The notes beneath the pieces were generated by a model. The model saw only the letters and a program-made list of their open reading frames with translations, had not been told where the DNA came from and did no database searches. A DNA stretch of 64,000 nucleotides from the human T2T-CHM13v2.0 reference genome, Homo sapiens: assembly GCF_009914755.1 (NCBI RefSeq), contig NC_060926.1; one strand, 5' to 3'. Made by a program: the position numbers and the translations under genes. How positions within the stretch are numbered: the first letter of the stretch is position 1; the number at the start of each line of letters is the position of its first letter. Shown one piece after another: positions 28,831 through 42,596 of the stretch.

Positions 28831-31649
28831 GGTGTTTCCCTCACAGCTCTAACCCCTTTGAGTTCCACTGTTACTTAAGAACACAGAAGTTAAATATATA
28901 TAAATAAATAAACAAATAAATCTTAATCAAATTTCGCTAGCCTTGCTATTTTTTATTCAAGGGATCATTCTCATAGTCTATCTTTGTCGCCTCTCAAGAC
29001 ATTGGCACCTCCATATCCTTCATGCTAGAATGTGTAATATTGTGACCCTGAGATGGGTCACATTTGAATTGTTCGTGGGATAGATCCTCATTAAGAGCAT
29101 TCATTTAAAAAAAAGAGTATTCATAATGGGTCAGGAACTACCATTTGTCCTTTGTTCTGGATTAGATCATCCAGGAAATAACAGGCTTATTAAACAAAAT
29201 AATAAATGGGTAGATGAGCAAATGAGGGCCATAATTGTTAAAAGGAATGAATGGAAGAGATTGGGGGTCAATAGACTCTTTTATCCCATCCATGAGATCA
29301 TGGAAGGGCAATGGTGTGATCATTTCTATTACATGTTATATATCAATTCTGACCAAACTTCTTAGTTTCCTCCATCAACTCATTGAATTAAAATTCTTTC
29401 TACTCTATGATTATTTCTACAATCAACAGAAAAGAATAAATGAGTCTTTGTGTCAAGCCTCTGAGAATATGTTCAGTAAATGAAAAAGATTGTTTTGAAA
29501 TGGATTTATAATGTTTTCTCCTTCATTGGCCTAGATTGGAGGTGAAACTCAATTGTCCATTAGGATGAGCTTCTCTCTTCAATAATGAGGAGGTGATGAT
29601 TAGGAGAAATACATTAGCACATAACGAGGTCAAATATGTACCATAAAATATTAGCTAATGCTTTCCCTTTCCTGGTAATAGAGTTTGGGAGGGTTTCTCA
29701 TCTATTTAAGAAATGGGCTACATTAGTCTTTAGGTCATGTGACTCAAAGTTTTATCATTTTCATAGATCCAGACCTAAGCTAAAGTGCTTGTTGTTGCTA
29801 AAGCTATTACATTTTTTGGATGATTAAAAACAAGAGCTAAGGATTAACAGTAATTAAATGTCTCTTAGAAAATGTCAGTGGTACAAAGAAATGGTTAATT
29901 AGAGTGAGAGAATAATAAGAAGGAAGTTGCAGAGAATGTATTTTTTCAACAACAAAATTGAGTAAAAGCTATCCAAGCAATGAGATTCACTAATTCATAG
30001 TAACTAAGTAGTTAATTAGAAGTCTGTAATTATCTTTGCCACTTAATTAAGAACTCTGTACAGATTTCTCAATATAACTTGTTGGAAACTCTACTTATCT
30101 TGGTTATTGGGATTTCATGAGGAAACTGCTTTCAGTGTATTAGATTGTCTCATTAAAACTTTGCTCAGCCATCTGGGGAAGCACAAGTTGATTCCTAAGA
30201 GTCTAATAGTTCAGGGTTTGCTGGTGAAGTGTGACTGAAAGGGCATAGGATAGCACAAATAACTTTCTAATCCTCAATCACTAAGGTGGATATTAACCCA
30301 CTATGCACAGCTATGGCATTATTACTTACTTATGTTGGTATTGATTCTTATTGACTGTAGGCATCAATTCTTATCGTTTACTGCCCAGGCTGTATAAGAT
30401 CATTGTAAAGCTCACCTATTCTACAAATGGGTGACTACCTGGATGGAAAAACGGAACCCACAAGATATTGACTTCAGGTTACCTACTTTGACAATGGTAA
30501 GAGAGCTCAAACTTACTTCCATCTATAACAGCCAAAACTCATGGAGACAAGTCTCCAGGAAAGAAGTCAAAAAGCAAAATTGTAGTAGCATCATTGGTGA
30601 CTCTACTTTTCTGTATTTTTTAAATAGACAGATCCTGTGATTATTATCAACATTGTCAATAATCCTTCTTAGAGAGCTTGCAAATGTAGTGGCTACATTT
30701 GCAAATAGATGAATAGCAAAATAGTAGAAATTCCAATGTCATCAGGTAATATAGAAAGAATGAAGTTAATGGATATGTGTAGCCTCTTAGCCCAACTCTG
30801 GAATAGAGTACATTCTCAGTAAGTAGTAAGAAATATAAGAAGAAGCATTTCCCCATGTTTTTCAGACTGATTACTACCTAATTTTTAATAGCATATATTT
30901 CTTCACCAAGTGAATGCATTGTGATGTTTTTAACCACCTTATTATAGTTGGACATTTAGATTATTTCAAAATTTTTGCAACTGAAAACAACGACAATCTC
31001 CTCATGGACATCTGTATGTATCATGAACATTGTTTTTGCATTTTGGATTATTTCTCATTCTATTCCAAGTGGTTGGCTGGGTCTAGTGTATGAATTTGTT
31101 TTAGAGTCCATTGCAATTGGTCCTACCCTCCTTATTTATTGTCTACTTACAGATAATGGTGAACTACATATAGTACCTAACTAAGTTTAAAGATTTGTCA
31201 TGTTGTAATAAAGATTAATAAAAATACAAAATAGTATGTCATAAATGTGGGAGAAAACAGTGAAGTAGAAACTAAGGGCCACTGATTTTTATACTTTAAA
31301 TAGAGATTGAAGCTGGAATTTAGAATTCAAGGAGAAATTTATATTATTTCATCAGAAAAAGAATAGGGACAGGACATATAACAGTGAACTTGCAGACAAT
31401 AAGAAGATGAATTTTGCTGACACAGTTTATTCATATACAGAAATAATAGGGCATCAATGGAGAATCAAGAGTAGGTAGATGCCAGATAGGAAAGGACTTT
31501 CAACATAATTTAAGGAATGTGGACTTTATTATTCAGTCAATTGGAAGAAATATGATTTCTCATTATGAGGTTGATATGCAAAAAAGCATTATAGGAATCT
31601 ATACTTTTTAGGGGTGTGAATTACCAGTGGTTGAAAATAGAAAGAAATA

Positions 31650-32788
31650 TTTTTTTCATATACTTGTTGGCTATTTGTATGTCTTCTTTCAAGAAAAGTT
31701 TATTCAGGTCCTTTGCCCATTTTTAAAATCGAATTACTTGTTTTCTTGCTATTGAGTTGAATTCCTTACATATTTTGGATATGAATCCCTTATATGATGT
31801 ATGGTTTGCAAATTTTTTTCTCTCAATCTGTAGGTTGTCTTTTCACTCTATTAACACTGTTTCCTTTGCTGTACAGAAGCTTTTTAGAGTGAAGCAATCC
31901 CATTTGTTTATTTTTTCTTTTATTGGCTAAGCTTTTGGGATCAAATCTAAAATATCATTGCCCAGACAAATGATGTAGAGATTTTCCCTTATGTTTTATT
32001 CTAGTGGTATTACAGTTTCCATTATTATGTCTAGGTCTTTTATCTATTTTGAGTTTATTTCTGTATGTGGTGTAAGATAAAGTCCCAAATTTATTCTTCT
32101 GCATGAGGATATCCAGTTTTCCCAGCATGACTTATTGAATTGAAGAGACAGAACTTTTCCATTGAGTGTTCTCGCCATCTTTGACAAAAATCAATTGCTT
32201 GTAAATCTGTAGGTTTATTTCGGGTTTTTCTATCCTGTTTTATTGTGGTGTCTGTTTTTATGCCAATACCACACTGTTTTAATTACTATAACTTTGTAAC
32301 ATATTTTAAAATCAGGTGGTTTGATGCCTCCAACTTTGTTCTCAAAATTACCTTGGCTATTCAGGATAATTTGCAGTTCCATATGAATTTTAGAATTTTT
32401 TTTCTATTTCTGTGAAAAGGATTTGGAATTTTGATAGGGATTGAATTGAATCTATAGATTTTATGGGGGTGGTATGGAGATTTTAACAATATTAATTACT
32501 CCCAGCTAGGAACACAGAATTTCCTTTCATTTATTTTCAGTTTGTTTTATCAAAGGTTTATAGACCTTTTATGTCCTTGGCTAATTTTAGTTATAAGTAC
32601 TTTTTTTTTTCATAGCTATTGTTAACAGGATTTTTTTTCTTGATTTCTTTTTTGGATAGTTTATTGTTAATGTATAGAAATACTACCAATTATCAAATAT
32701 TAATTTTTGCACCCTGCAACTTTCCTGAATTTATGTATCAATACTAACAGTCTTTGGTAGAATCTTTAGAGATTTTTTATATAGAATA
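31650..32788 (-). mobile_element. L1MA ORF2 segment, inverted 5' part of a twin-primed insertion
   Basis: Antisense L1 beginning 'ttttttcatatacttgttggctatttgtatgtcttc'. Confidence 0.88.
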
Positions 32789-33147
32789 TCGCTAGTCACT
32801 AGGAAAACACAAATTAAAACCACAATGAGATATCACTTTACTCCTTTCAGTATAGCTATTATTAAAAAGATGAAAGGTGAGTGTTGGTGAGGATGTGCAG
32901 AAAAGGGAAACTCTTGCACAGTGTTGGTGGAATGTGAGTTAGTAACGTTATTAAGGAAAACTAAGGTGAGTTCTTGAGAAACAATAGAACTACCATATGA
33001 CTCAGCAATCTTATATCTAGGTATATATGCAAAGGAACTGAAATCAGCATGTCAAAGAGGTAACTACATTCCCACGTTCATTGCAGCATTATTCTCAATC
33101 GTCAAGATATGGAATCAATAGATGAATGGATAAATAAAATGTAGTGT

Positions 33148-33192
<45 letters not shown>

Positions 33193-33670
33193 CAGGAATA
33201 TTATCCAGCCTTTAAAAAATGGGCAAAATCGTATCATTTGCAACAACATAGATGAACCTGGAGGATATTGTGCTAAGTAAAATAACCAGGCACAAAAAGC
33301 CAAATACCACATGATTTCACTTACATGTTGAAATTAAAAAGTCAAACTCAAAGTAAAATAGTCATTATCAGAGGCTGGGTGTGGGGAAAAAGGAATGGAA
33401 AGGTGTTATACCAAGTTCCAGTTAGACTGGAGTTACAAGTTTTTGAGACTGATTGCACAACATGTTAGCTATATAGTGAATAACAACCTACTGCATATTT
33501 CAAGACTAAGAAAGTAAATTTCAAATGTTCTCATGAAAAATGGTAAGTATGTGAGGTGATGGATATGTTAATTTAGCTTGAATTAATCATTGTACATTGC
33601 ATACATATATCAAAAGATCACATTGTACCCCATAACTATATACAATTATAATTTGTCTTTTAAAAATTTT
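32789..33670 (+). mobile_element. L1MA6/7-like 3' part (sense) with internal (CA)n at 33151-33193
   Basis: 'aaattaaaaccacaatgagatatcac'...'gtgaggtgatggatatgttaatttagcttg...cacattgtaccccataa'. Confidence 0.88.
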
Positions 33671-33849
33671 GAAAAATAGAGACAGTAAAATGCTAGTATC
33701 CATGGATTTGTCATTAAGAATCTACAAGCGGCTTCTTGCTATGCAAAAGAGACACACTTGATATAAACAACTATAGCTTTTATTTTATGTGTTAAGAATG
33801 TTGGGTTGAATGTAATAATGTAAAAATTGACAGGTAATACAATTTAAAA

Positions 33850-34085
33850 ATAGTAATAGTTAACATTTTTTACTATTTAAGACCTACTATGTGGCAGGTA
33901 CTGTGTGAAGCATTTTACATTCCTTTTCTTATTTAAAATTCCTCCAAACCCCATGTGGTAGGAACTATGAGTATCTCAACTTTACGAAAGAAATAATAAC
34001 TTAAAGAGGATAAGTAATTTCCTTATTTAATGTAGATACTTACGGGCAAAGCCAGGATTTGAACCTCATTCTGCCTGGCACCAGC
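33850..34085 (-). mobile_element. MIR
   Basis: 'cctactatgtggcaggtactgtg...gccaggatttgaacc'. Confidence 0.7.
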
Positions 34086-34819
34086 GTGTTTGGACAATCT
34101 TTCTTCAGGCATGGTTATACTCATGACAAACATGATTCATTTATTAAAATAACATTATAGAAGTCCAGGAAAAAGGTGGCTCCAGGGCAAATGGAAAAGA
34201 GGAAAAGATGTAAGATAAATTACTAAATTGAATACAAGAGGAGAGATGAGGATTCGAGAACAACTTCAAGTGTTTAAACATGAGATAAAAGGAGAACAGT
34301 AGCACCACTAGTGGAAATAGTAAAAACTAGAGAATAAACTTGTCTCCAGTAATAAAAAGTTTTGGCTCGACAATGGTAAAACAGTATGGGCTTATTTTAG
34401 ACCAAAGTCCAAGTTTTATAATTGTATCCCTTGAGTCCAGCAATTACCAAAATAATGTTATTAAGGATGAGATGTTTCCAGGGGGCGGCTTGACCACAGT
34501 GCCTATCTTCTCTTCTTCCTAAGATCAGCATACACAGCAATAAGTCTACACACTATTTGGTGAACTAGCTCAACTACTGTGGGCATTTGTATCCTGGATC
34601 AAGGATATTCAGTTTCAATCATATAGAATTTCCCTGACACTAATGAGATTACTTCTCTTTAGTTATTCCTATTGATTATCAATCCTCCTTCATGTAAACC
34701 AAAGTCCCCATCAAGTTTCAAATGCCTTGTTTTTAAATATGAGCCAAAAAAAAAACCCAAGAAGCTACAAGCACACAAGAAAATTAACATATAAATGCAA
34801 AAGAACAAATAAGTATAAA

Positions 34820-34892
34820 ATAGGAAGAAAGAAAGGAAGGTAGGAAAAAGGAAAAGAGGAAGGAAGGAAGGAAGGAGGGGAAGGAGGGAGAA
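34820..34892. repeat. GA-rich (GGAA)n low-complexity tract
   Basis: Near-pure purine run, seen directly. Confidence 0.85.
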
Positions 34893-36399
34893 AAACCAGA
34901 GAAAGTTGAGATTTAAAAGAATAGAAAATGGCTTAAAATAATAAAATAAAATATTGATTACTGTTCTCAGAGAGAGTCCTGAAGATATTTAATTTATAAA
35001 ACCACTGTTGTGGCCCTTAGAAATCATTACTTCTAATGTCTTTTGTTGATAGTGTTTATTGAAAAGAAAAGTATTTGGATGAATGCTTGTTGCTTAAGGG
35101 CTTTTGCTTGAAAATTGCAATATTAATTGTCAGTACTTTTATAGAAAACATCATTGAATGACTATATCTGTGACACAAAAATGAAGGGGATAGTTTTAAT
35201 TTGAAGCATTTTCTTTATCACAAATTACATATCTAGCAGAATTCACAGCCCTTCAAATAAGGTTTGCAATTACAGGAAACTTATCTCTACAAGCCCCTTG
35301 AGAAGCCCTGGACTGGATTCCATGATTCCAGCAGGTATCTCTTAGAGGCATCACCTCTTACAGGACTCACCAAAGCTCTTGCTAGGTAATCTGCAGAAGT
35401 ATAATAAACTTTAAATAATAGCCTCATGAAGACATCATAGTTTACTGGAAGTCACTATTATGGGCAACTAATCTGCAAAGCACATTTTCTTATATCCTCC
35501 AAACTTTGCAGCGGTGCTACAAAAATCTAGGTATGGAATTAGGAAATCAGCATTAAAATTACAGCCGTTTACCATTTGATTTTAAATAAGTCAATTACCA
35601 TTCTGAGTTGTGGTTTCTATGTAAACCATGAATACAGTAATACCCTTATAGCATAAATTGCTAAAAAAAAAATAAATTTAAAAATTTTAAAGCGCTATCA
35701 TGATAAATAGCATATAGAAACTCTATTATATTGAAGATAATTTGTCGCATGGGCATTAATTAAAATTTCCATATAAAATCAAGATCATTACACATTATCA
35801 TCATAAAAACTGAATATATCTGTTATTTTATCCACCCCAAACAGGTCTAGCTTTATTTTTAAAAAATCTATGTGTACCCCAAACCCTCTCTGTTCTATTA
35901 GAGAGATAGACATTAATTTTGAGCAGATAACCCCTACTAAAACAAAAACACACACACAACATGAAATACATGATCTTAATGATAAAATATGAGGTTTCAA
36001 CAATATAAAAACCCAAGATTAATCTCTAATTCTGTCATATTTGGAAGATAATGATTTTATCTCTTTAAATGTAAGATATAGACATTTGAAGTGATGATTT
36101 ATAAGATCTACACCACTTTGGAGCTTAAGCTCTAAATATTTGTAATAATCATCCAACCTGGCCATAACTGTGAATAAAATTGGTCCAAAACATAGATTTT
36201 ATTTTTTTCTAGATTTTTCTTTATATCTATAAATATTTTTAGAATAGTAAATTTACCTTTTGAGCAAAATTATGGTATCTCTCAATTAATCATGTAGAGA
36301 AAATATTTATGATCTTCATAAAACTTTCCTTGCCTTATAAACTCCACGATACTACAGAAAATGTCACCAACACAATTACAGCCAATTTTTTTGTTGAAT

Positions 36400-36866
36400 A
36401 TTCTTGGCAAAGTTCCTCAAAATGTTAAACATTAGAGTTAGTACATGACCCAACAATTTCACTCCTATATATCCTAAAGAAGTGAAGATATATATTCACG
36501 CAGAAACTTGTACATAGGTTATAGCAGCATTATTCATAATAGCCAAAAAGCAGAAACTGTACAAATATGCACAGACTGATGAATAGTTAAACAACATGTG
36601 GTATATCTATGCAATAGAATATCACTTTGCAGTAAAAAGGAATGAATTACTGACACATGCTACAACATCATGAACCTTGAAAACATTAGGCTAAGTGAAA
36701 GAAGCTGGTCACAAAAGCCCACATATTGTATGATTCCATTCATATGAAATGTCCCAACTAGACAAATCTATAGAGACAGAAAGCAGATTAGCAGTTGTCT
36801 AGGGCTGGGGGCGAAAGTGTGTGTGAGGAGGCAGGACGGATGGGGAGTGACTGCTAATGGGTATGG
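36400..36866 (+). mobile_element. L1MB (7/8-like) 3' region, followed by older L1ME fragments to ~37480
   Basis: 'gaaccttgaaaacattaggctaagtgaaagaagc...atattgtatgattccattcatatgaaatgtcc...gagtgactgctaatgggtatgg'. Confidence 0.82.
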
Positions 36867-37538
36867 CAGTTTGGCAGTAACTACCTAAATTTTTAAAGAA
36901 CGTAATTTTTTGACTCAGCAATCCACTCTCAGAGTCCTATCCCAAAGAAAGAATACAATTAAACTTGTATTAAAAACTTGTTTATTACAATATTATTTGT
37001 AACAGTGAGAAAATGTATTAATTCTGTGGAATATTATGCAGCATTTGCAAATTGTAAGAATATGTACAGGGTTTGAAAGAGTGCTAACACATTTATAGAT
37101 AGACTAGACAGAAAGATAACTATGCCTTTTATATGATAACCTGTATATGACATATAATCTATGAAGACATGCCTTTATGTTAATATTAACATATATAACA
37201 TATATATGCAACATATGTATGCCATACAATTATACATGTAATATGATTTCATTAATGTTAAAACAAAAATAAGATATGTATAGAATGTAAGTGCTTGGAT
37301 ATGCACATCAGGGCACAGGCAGAGACTGAAAGAGGCCTAGTCAATTGTGAAAGTACAGTTGTTGCTGGGACTGAAGTGGTATTGGGAGGTAAGAAAGAGG
37401 ACCTTTGAGCATTCTACTCTGTATGCTTTATATCATTTGAATCTTAGGAAATAATAATATATTCCTATAGTACTCATGTCATCGGAAAGGGAGACTTATG
37501 TTTTAAGTAACTATAAATTTGCCTATTCTGAAGGATTT

Positions 37539-37854
37539 ATTTTATTTTATTTTATTTTATTTTTATTTTTTTGAGACAGAGTCTCGCCCTGTCACCCAGG
37601 CTGGTGTGCAGTGGCTCAATCTTGGCTCACTGCAAGCTCTGCCTCCTGGGTTCATGCCATTCTCCTGCCTTAGACTCCCAAGTAGCTGGGACTACAGGTG
37701 CCCGCCACCACGCCTGGCTATTTTTGCTGTATTTTTAGTACAGACAGGGTTTCACCGTGTTAGCTAGGATGGTCTCGATCTCCTGACCTCGTGACCCACC
37801 TGCCTCAGCCTCCCAAAGTGCCGGTATTACAGGCATGAGCCACCGCGCCCGGCC
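37539..37854 (-). mobile_element. AluY
   Basis: 'ctgcaagctctgcctcctgggttcatgccattctcc', 'accgtgttagctaggatggtctcgatctcctgacctcgtga'; TSD aggattt. Confidence 0.95.
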
Positions 37855-38244
37855 AGGATTTTTTTTTTTTTTTAAAGTAAATAGATGGTCCCAATATGGT
37901 CAAGAATCCAAGCAAGCAGACAAGCTGCCTGGTTTCTCTCAACAGATATCAGGTTCCACCAAGGTTGAGGAGAAAAAGGGGAGAGAGGTATAGACTGAGG
38001 CTTGGCCAGACCATGGTCAGCCTCCCAGCTCTCAGAAGAACATGGGGTACAAGTCAACTAGAAAGAAAGGGTGAATGAGCTGAATCTTACCTTTATGATG
38101 TGAAATGACTGGTCAGTTGGAAAACTATCATTAACTGTCATCTTGACCATTTTTATTTTAAAACTTTTGTAGGACACAGCACATGATAGATGATATTATA
38201 AGCCATGGTATAAGCCATGGTCCTGGACAGCGAAGAAATGGCAT

Positions 38245-38630
38245 TGTCACAGGGTCATGGAATGAGTAATGAAAGGACTAGTTAGAAAGCTGGAGGCAGG
38301 GTTAAGGGAACCAACAAGAGAAGGTGAAACACAGAGGAGTAGGATGGTATGAAGCCTGACCATTTTAAGGCCTGAGGGGAAGCAGGGTAAGTGGTTGTTA
38401 GAACCTGTGAGAACTGCCCCTATGAGTGAGGGTCCACTCCACAGGAGCTGTGGCTGTTGGTGAAGTATCACTGCTGCTCTTAAACTGCTATTCAGCCAGA
38501 GAAGCAACCTGAGAAATACAGAACTTTCTCTCCCCCTGCACTCTACTGCCAATGCCCTCTTCTAGCCAAATCTAAAGGTCACATGATACAAGAGCAGGAT
38601 GAAGAAGGGCTGAGAGGGACTAATTAATTA
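38245..38630 (-). mobile_element. LTR33 (ERV-L) LTR
   Basis: 'aatgaaaggactagttagaaag...gcagggttaagggaaccaacaagagaaggtgaaacac...aggcctgagggg'. Confidence 0.7.
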
Positions 38631-39256
38631 CCAAGGCTATTGCCTATTTTAATTATAAGGAAGCTTGTGCCTTTAAAATGAACTGATATTTGAGACATCA
38701 CTATGTTATTCTGGTTGTGTCTTACTTTGCCATTGTCATATAAATATCATGGGAAATAAAATGCAAAATGAGGTACACTTAACTACTCAAACATAATGGA
38801 AATGTGTTTAAAAGATGCAGGCAGAGTCTCTGCAAAAATGAAAATATTTCAGGGAGAATTCACATGTCTGCTCTAGCTCATATAATTAGAAACCATAAAG
38901 TGATTCTCCCATCTTTGTCATACGGCTGAAAGAATTTTCAGCTGTCCCATTATTCCCTATGATAAAGAAGATAATATGTAAGCCATAGTGTTATTTTGCA
39001 AGGGTCTTTTTTTTATTTTTGTAGCAAGACATTCCCAGATTTGAAATTCAAATGATTCAAATGATCAGAATAAGCCAATTGGCACTCTTCAGGAATCCTA
39101 ACTATCAGCCAGGATGATCCTATGTGGATGTAATTTCCTTTGGATATGAGAAAAACAAAATTTTGAAAAACAATTCATTTTAGTGACTAATCTAAAAAAA
39201 GACCCAACTCATTCTATTATAAATTCAGTTATCAACCTATATGACTTTAAAAAGCA

Positions 39257-40678
39257 TGTAAAACTTAAAATTGAATAATGAGATTCATTGAAACATGTCT
39301 CAACTCGAGTTTCCTTTGCAAATAATGAATGAATGCCTCCAAGTACAAGAAACAACCATTTGAGAGTCATAGCAACATGGGCATGCTTGGTGTGTTTGAA
39401 GAATAGCAAAAGGCCAGCATGGCTGCAGCCAAGGGAGCAAGGGGAGATATGCAGATGAAAGTGCAGGAAGGTAGCTGAACAAATCATATAGGATCCTGGA
39501 GGCCAAAGGCAGAACTTTGATTTTTATTCTAGGTGAAAAGTAGCAGAGGCTTCAGGAAGCCTTGCCTGTTTCTGCCTGTTTTTTCTTATCTGTCTAATGT
39601 CTGTGATGAGTAGAGAAGAACTCAGATAGCTGCTGCCCTTTCACCCTGGCTCCCAGCAGATTGTTGAAACTGCTTCTTGTGGTATGTCATGGACGTTTTG
39701 AAGTTGGTTTGTTGCTGGAGTGTAAACTGAGTAATACTCTTTGTGTGTGCATGTTTATGTCTGTTTTTGACCAACATGTGGATTCCTAGTGCTAGCATGG
39801 TTCCCATCAAATAGTAGGTGCTCAGAAAATGAATGAGGGTGGTGAAAAGCTCAGGCTACTACAACAAAATGCCACAGACTGTGTGGCTTAAACAACAGGA
39901 CAAGATAGAGGAGGTGTTACTCTTGATTGGTTACTTTGATTATCAGAGACATGCTCCCTCCTGAGCCATTTGTTATCTCTAAGAAATGGCTAGACCAGGA
40001 GAGGCAGCCTGTCCCCAACCGGAAGGGTTTTTTAAGACATCGAAATATAATACACTGATAACAAAAATGAAAACAATACATCCCCTATTCTTTTACTAAT
40101 AATTTTTGTATACTCCATATACTTTATGCATGTATGTATGTACTTATACAGATATATGCATATGTAAGTATGTGTGTATATTTACCTATACATATATTTC
40201 ATAGTGATGTTATAGCATATATATTGATTTGCAACTTGTTTTATCACATAACAAATTGAAAACATTTTTATGCTTTTTAAATTTATTTGAAAAAGCTTCA
40301 TGTTTTTTATATATATATATACACACACATATATACCCATATGTGTTTAAGCAACATCCTATTTATGTTTTTCTGGATATTTTTCTAAGATTTGCCTGTG
40401 CATTTCTACTTGGATATCTGTAGTGCAAATTTGTAAAAGTGGAATTGCTGAATGCCACGTATATGTTTTATATTTAGATAGTGACAGATTATTCTCCAAA
40501 AGATTTTTCCAGTTTTTCATGTTTATTGTTAAAATCTTCATTGATGATAAGAATGAACCCTTGTGGTTATAAACCACTGGGTGAGATAAGGAAATATAGA
40601 GAAACCTTGACGTAGGAAGAATAACTTTTCCAATCATGTCACATGCTTAGCCAGAAGTGAGTAAAAGGACACTTTGCC
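39257..40678 (+). repeat. Left arm of ~1.42-kb inverted duplication (mosaic of L2, MLT1, LTR and L1ME fragments plus unique DNA)
   Basis: Collinear reverse-complement match to 42597-44022, roughly 90% identity by eye; mirrored ORFs 39300..39506(-) and 43777..43992(+) both begin MASRILYDLFSY. Confidence 0.97.
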
Positions 40679-40904
40679 TATTTACCCCTTTGAATTTACT
40701 CTTTTTACATTTTTTAATTTATTTTGGTTACCTCCCTTTTTTTTTTGCTCTGTTTATTCCTATCATCTTTTTTCTTAATGAACTTTCAGTAATACCTATT
40801 TTCTCTTGAGCTCCTTGTAACTTCTTTTCTTCTCAGATGATTGTATTTATTTATTTATTCATTTATTTATTTACCAGCTCTTTTTTACCATTTCAAAATT
40901 ATTT

Positions 40905-41070
40905 GATTCTAAGGAAAACCCATCTGGACACTGGCTACCCCATTTACTTAAACTCAGAAAAAGTTATTTCCCAGGGCTGCCTCCCCTGGTAATTCACATA
41001 TTCCAACCTGTTTTTTTTTTTTTTAATTCCCAGTAGTGAGTCCTCTGATACACCAGGTTTTGAACATAGT
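40905..41070. mobile_element. Degenerate MER5/MER112-like hAT MITE in the spacer
   Basis: 'actcagaa...cccagtagtgagtcctctgatacaccaggttttg'. Confidence 0.4.
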
Positions 41071-42596
41071 CTCCATATTGTGTTGTAGAGAATATGTTTG
41101 AAACCTGGCATATGAGAGGACTGACTACTGTTGTATATTTCAAACATATTCTTTGCCCAATCAGTGGGTCTCTTTTCTTATAAGGGTCACTCCTAGTTGA
41201 CGTGATCTGTGTTCTCCCATGGGACTCTCATGTATCTCCTCTTGACCAGCAACAAATGCATAAACTCTATACGTAACTCTAATGTTCTGGCTTATTTATG
41301 TGCTTACTTAAATATAACTTGAAGTTTGTAATATTATCTGTCTTTTAGTTATCTGTGGGTATGCATTCTGGGAGATTTTATTTATTTTCATTGTTAATTG
41401 ATATGATTTTTTGATGACATGGTAAGATTCAAAGTTAGGAAGCCATCATCTTTGTACAATTTCTCTTCATGAGAACTTTCCAAATTAACAAGGGACTTAT
41501 TTCAGTTTATTCTATATTAATTAGGATAACTTCTGAATTGGTAGGAATTAAATAAATGCTAGTCTAATAGTAATAATGATAATGATAACAAGATAATATA
41601 CAGAGCTTTATATTTAAATTATCCATAGTACTTTAAGATTTTTCAAAAATCCTGTTAGAAAGGTATTCACAGGCTGGAATCTGATACTATTATTATGATT
41701 TGGCCAAACTTCAGGTAAAGCCAGTAAAATTGATAATATACTCTTTGAGCTGACTTGATATATGGTCCATTAGGTTGTGTTAAACAGCACATTACAGCTT
41801 GTCAGAGAAAATAAAAAGAAGAAAACGTAAGCCATTCCAGTCAGGGAAACATTCTCACTTTGCAATAATTTTTTGATATTGTAGTTGAATTGCCATTTTC
41901 TATAACTTCAATTTATTTGGTTGAATAAATAATTTATTATATACCTTATCCTTCTTTGTCTACCCTTCAATACCATTATACAAGCTGCTCATATCTTGAA
42001 ATATTGGCTAGTGAATCTTTAGCTATTACTCAAGGTCATCATGGGATTTAGATAATTAAGATTTAATACAATATATTACACTTTCAACAAAAATTAAACA
42101 CCCCAGATTGAAGAAATATAGCCAAAGAGTGAATTCATCAATTATAATGTCTCGCCATCTTCCTTGAAGATTGGTGTTTCCAATAAAAGTGATCATGTAA
42201 TTTCCCTTTGTCATTACATGGACATGTACTATTAATTTTAAATATTTTGTCTGAAAGAAGGTAGTAACCCAAAATTTGCAGTATGTAACACCTATTGAAA
42301 GGGAAGGTATTTAAAATCTATATTCAGATTTTCTCTAAACCTAAAAAATATTAGATGTCAACCACATCTCAGTTCAGCGAAGCTTAGTGTAGTTTGAGTA
42401 CATTGACACTTAGCTATAAAAGACATTATATCTGGACTATTTTTTAAAAGGTAAGAATTGAAGAAATCCAGTTAGATTGTTTGTATTTGATACCCTTAAT
42501 GATCAAAGGTAAAAATTTTGCTGGTTGTATGGAAAATTATAGCGCAAGTTTAGTAAATTTCTAAACTAAAATATGTTCCTGAGAAAGCTGAAAGAT

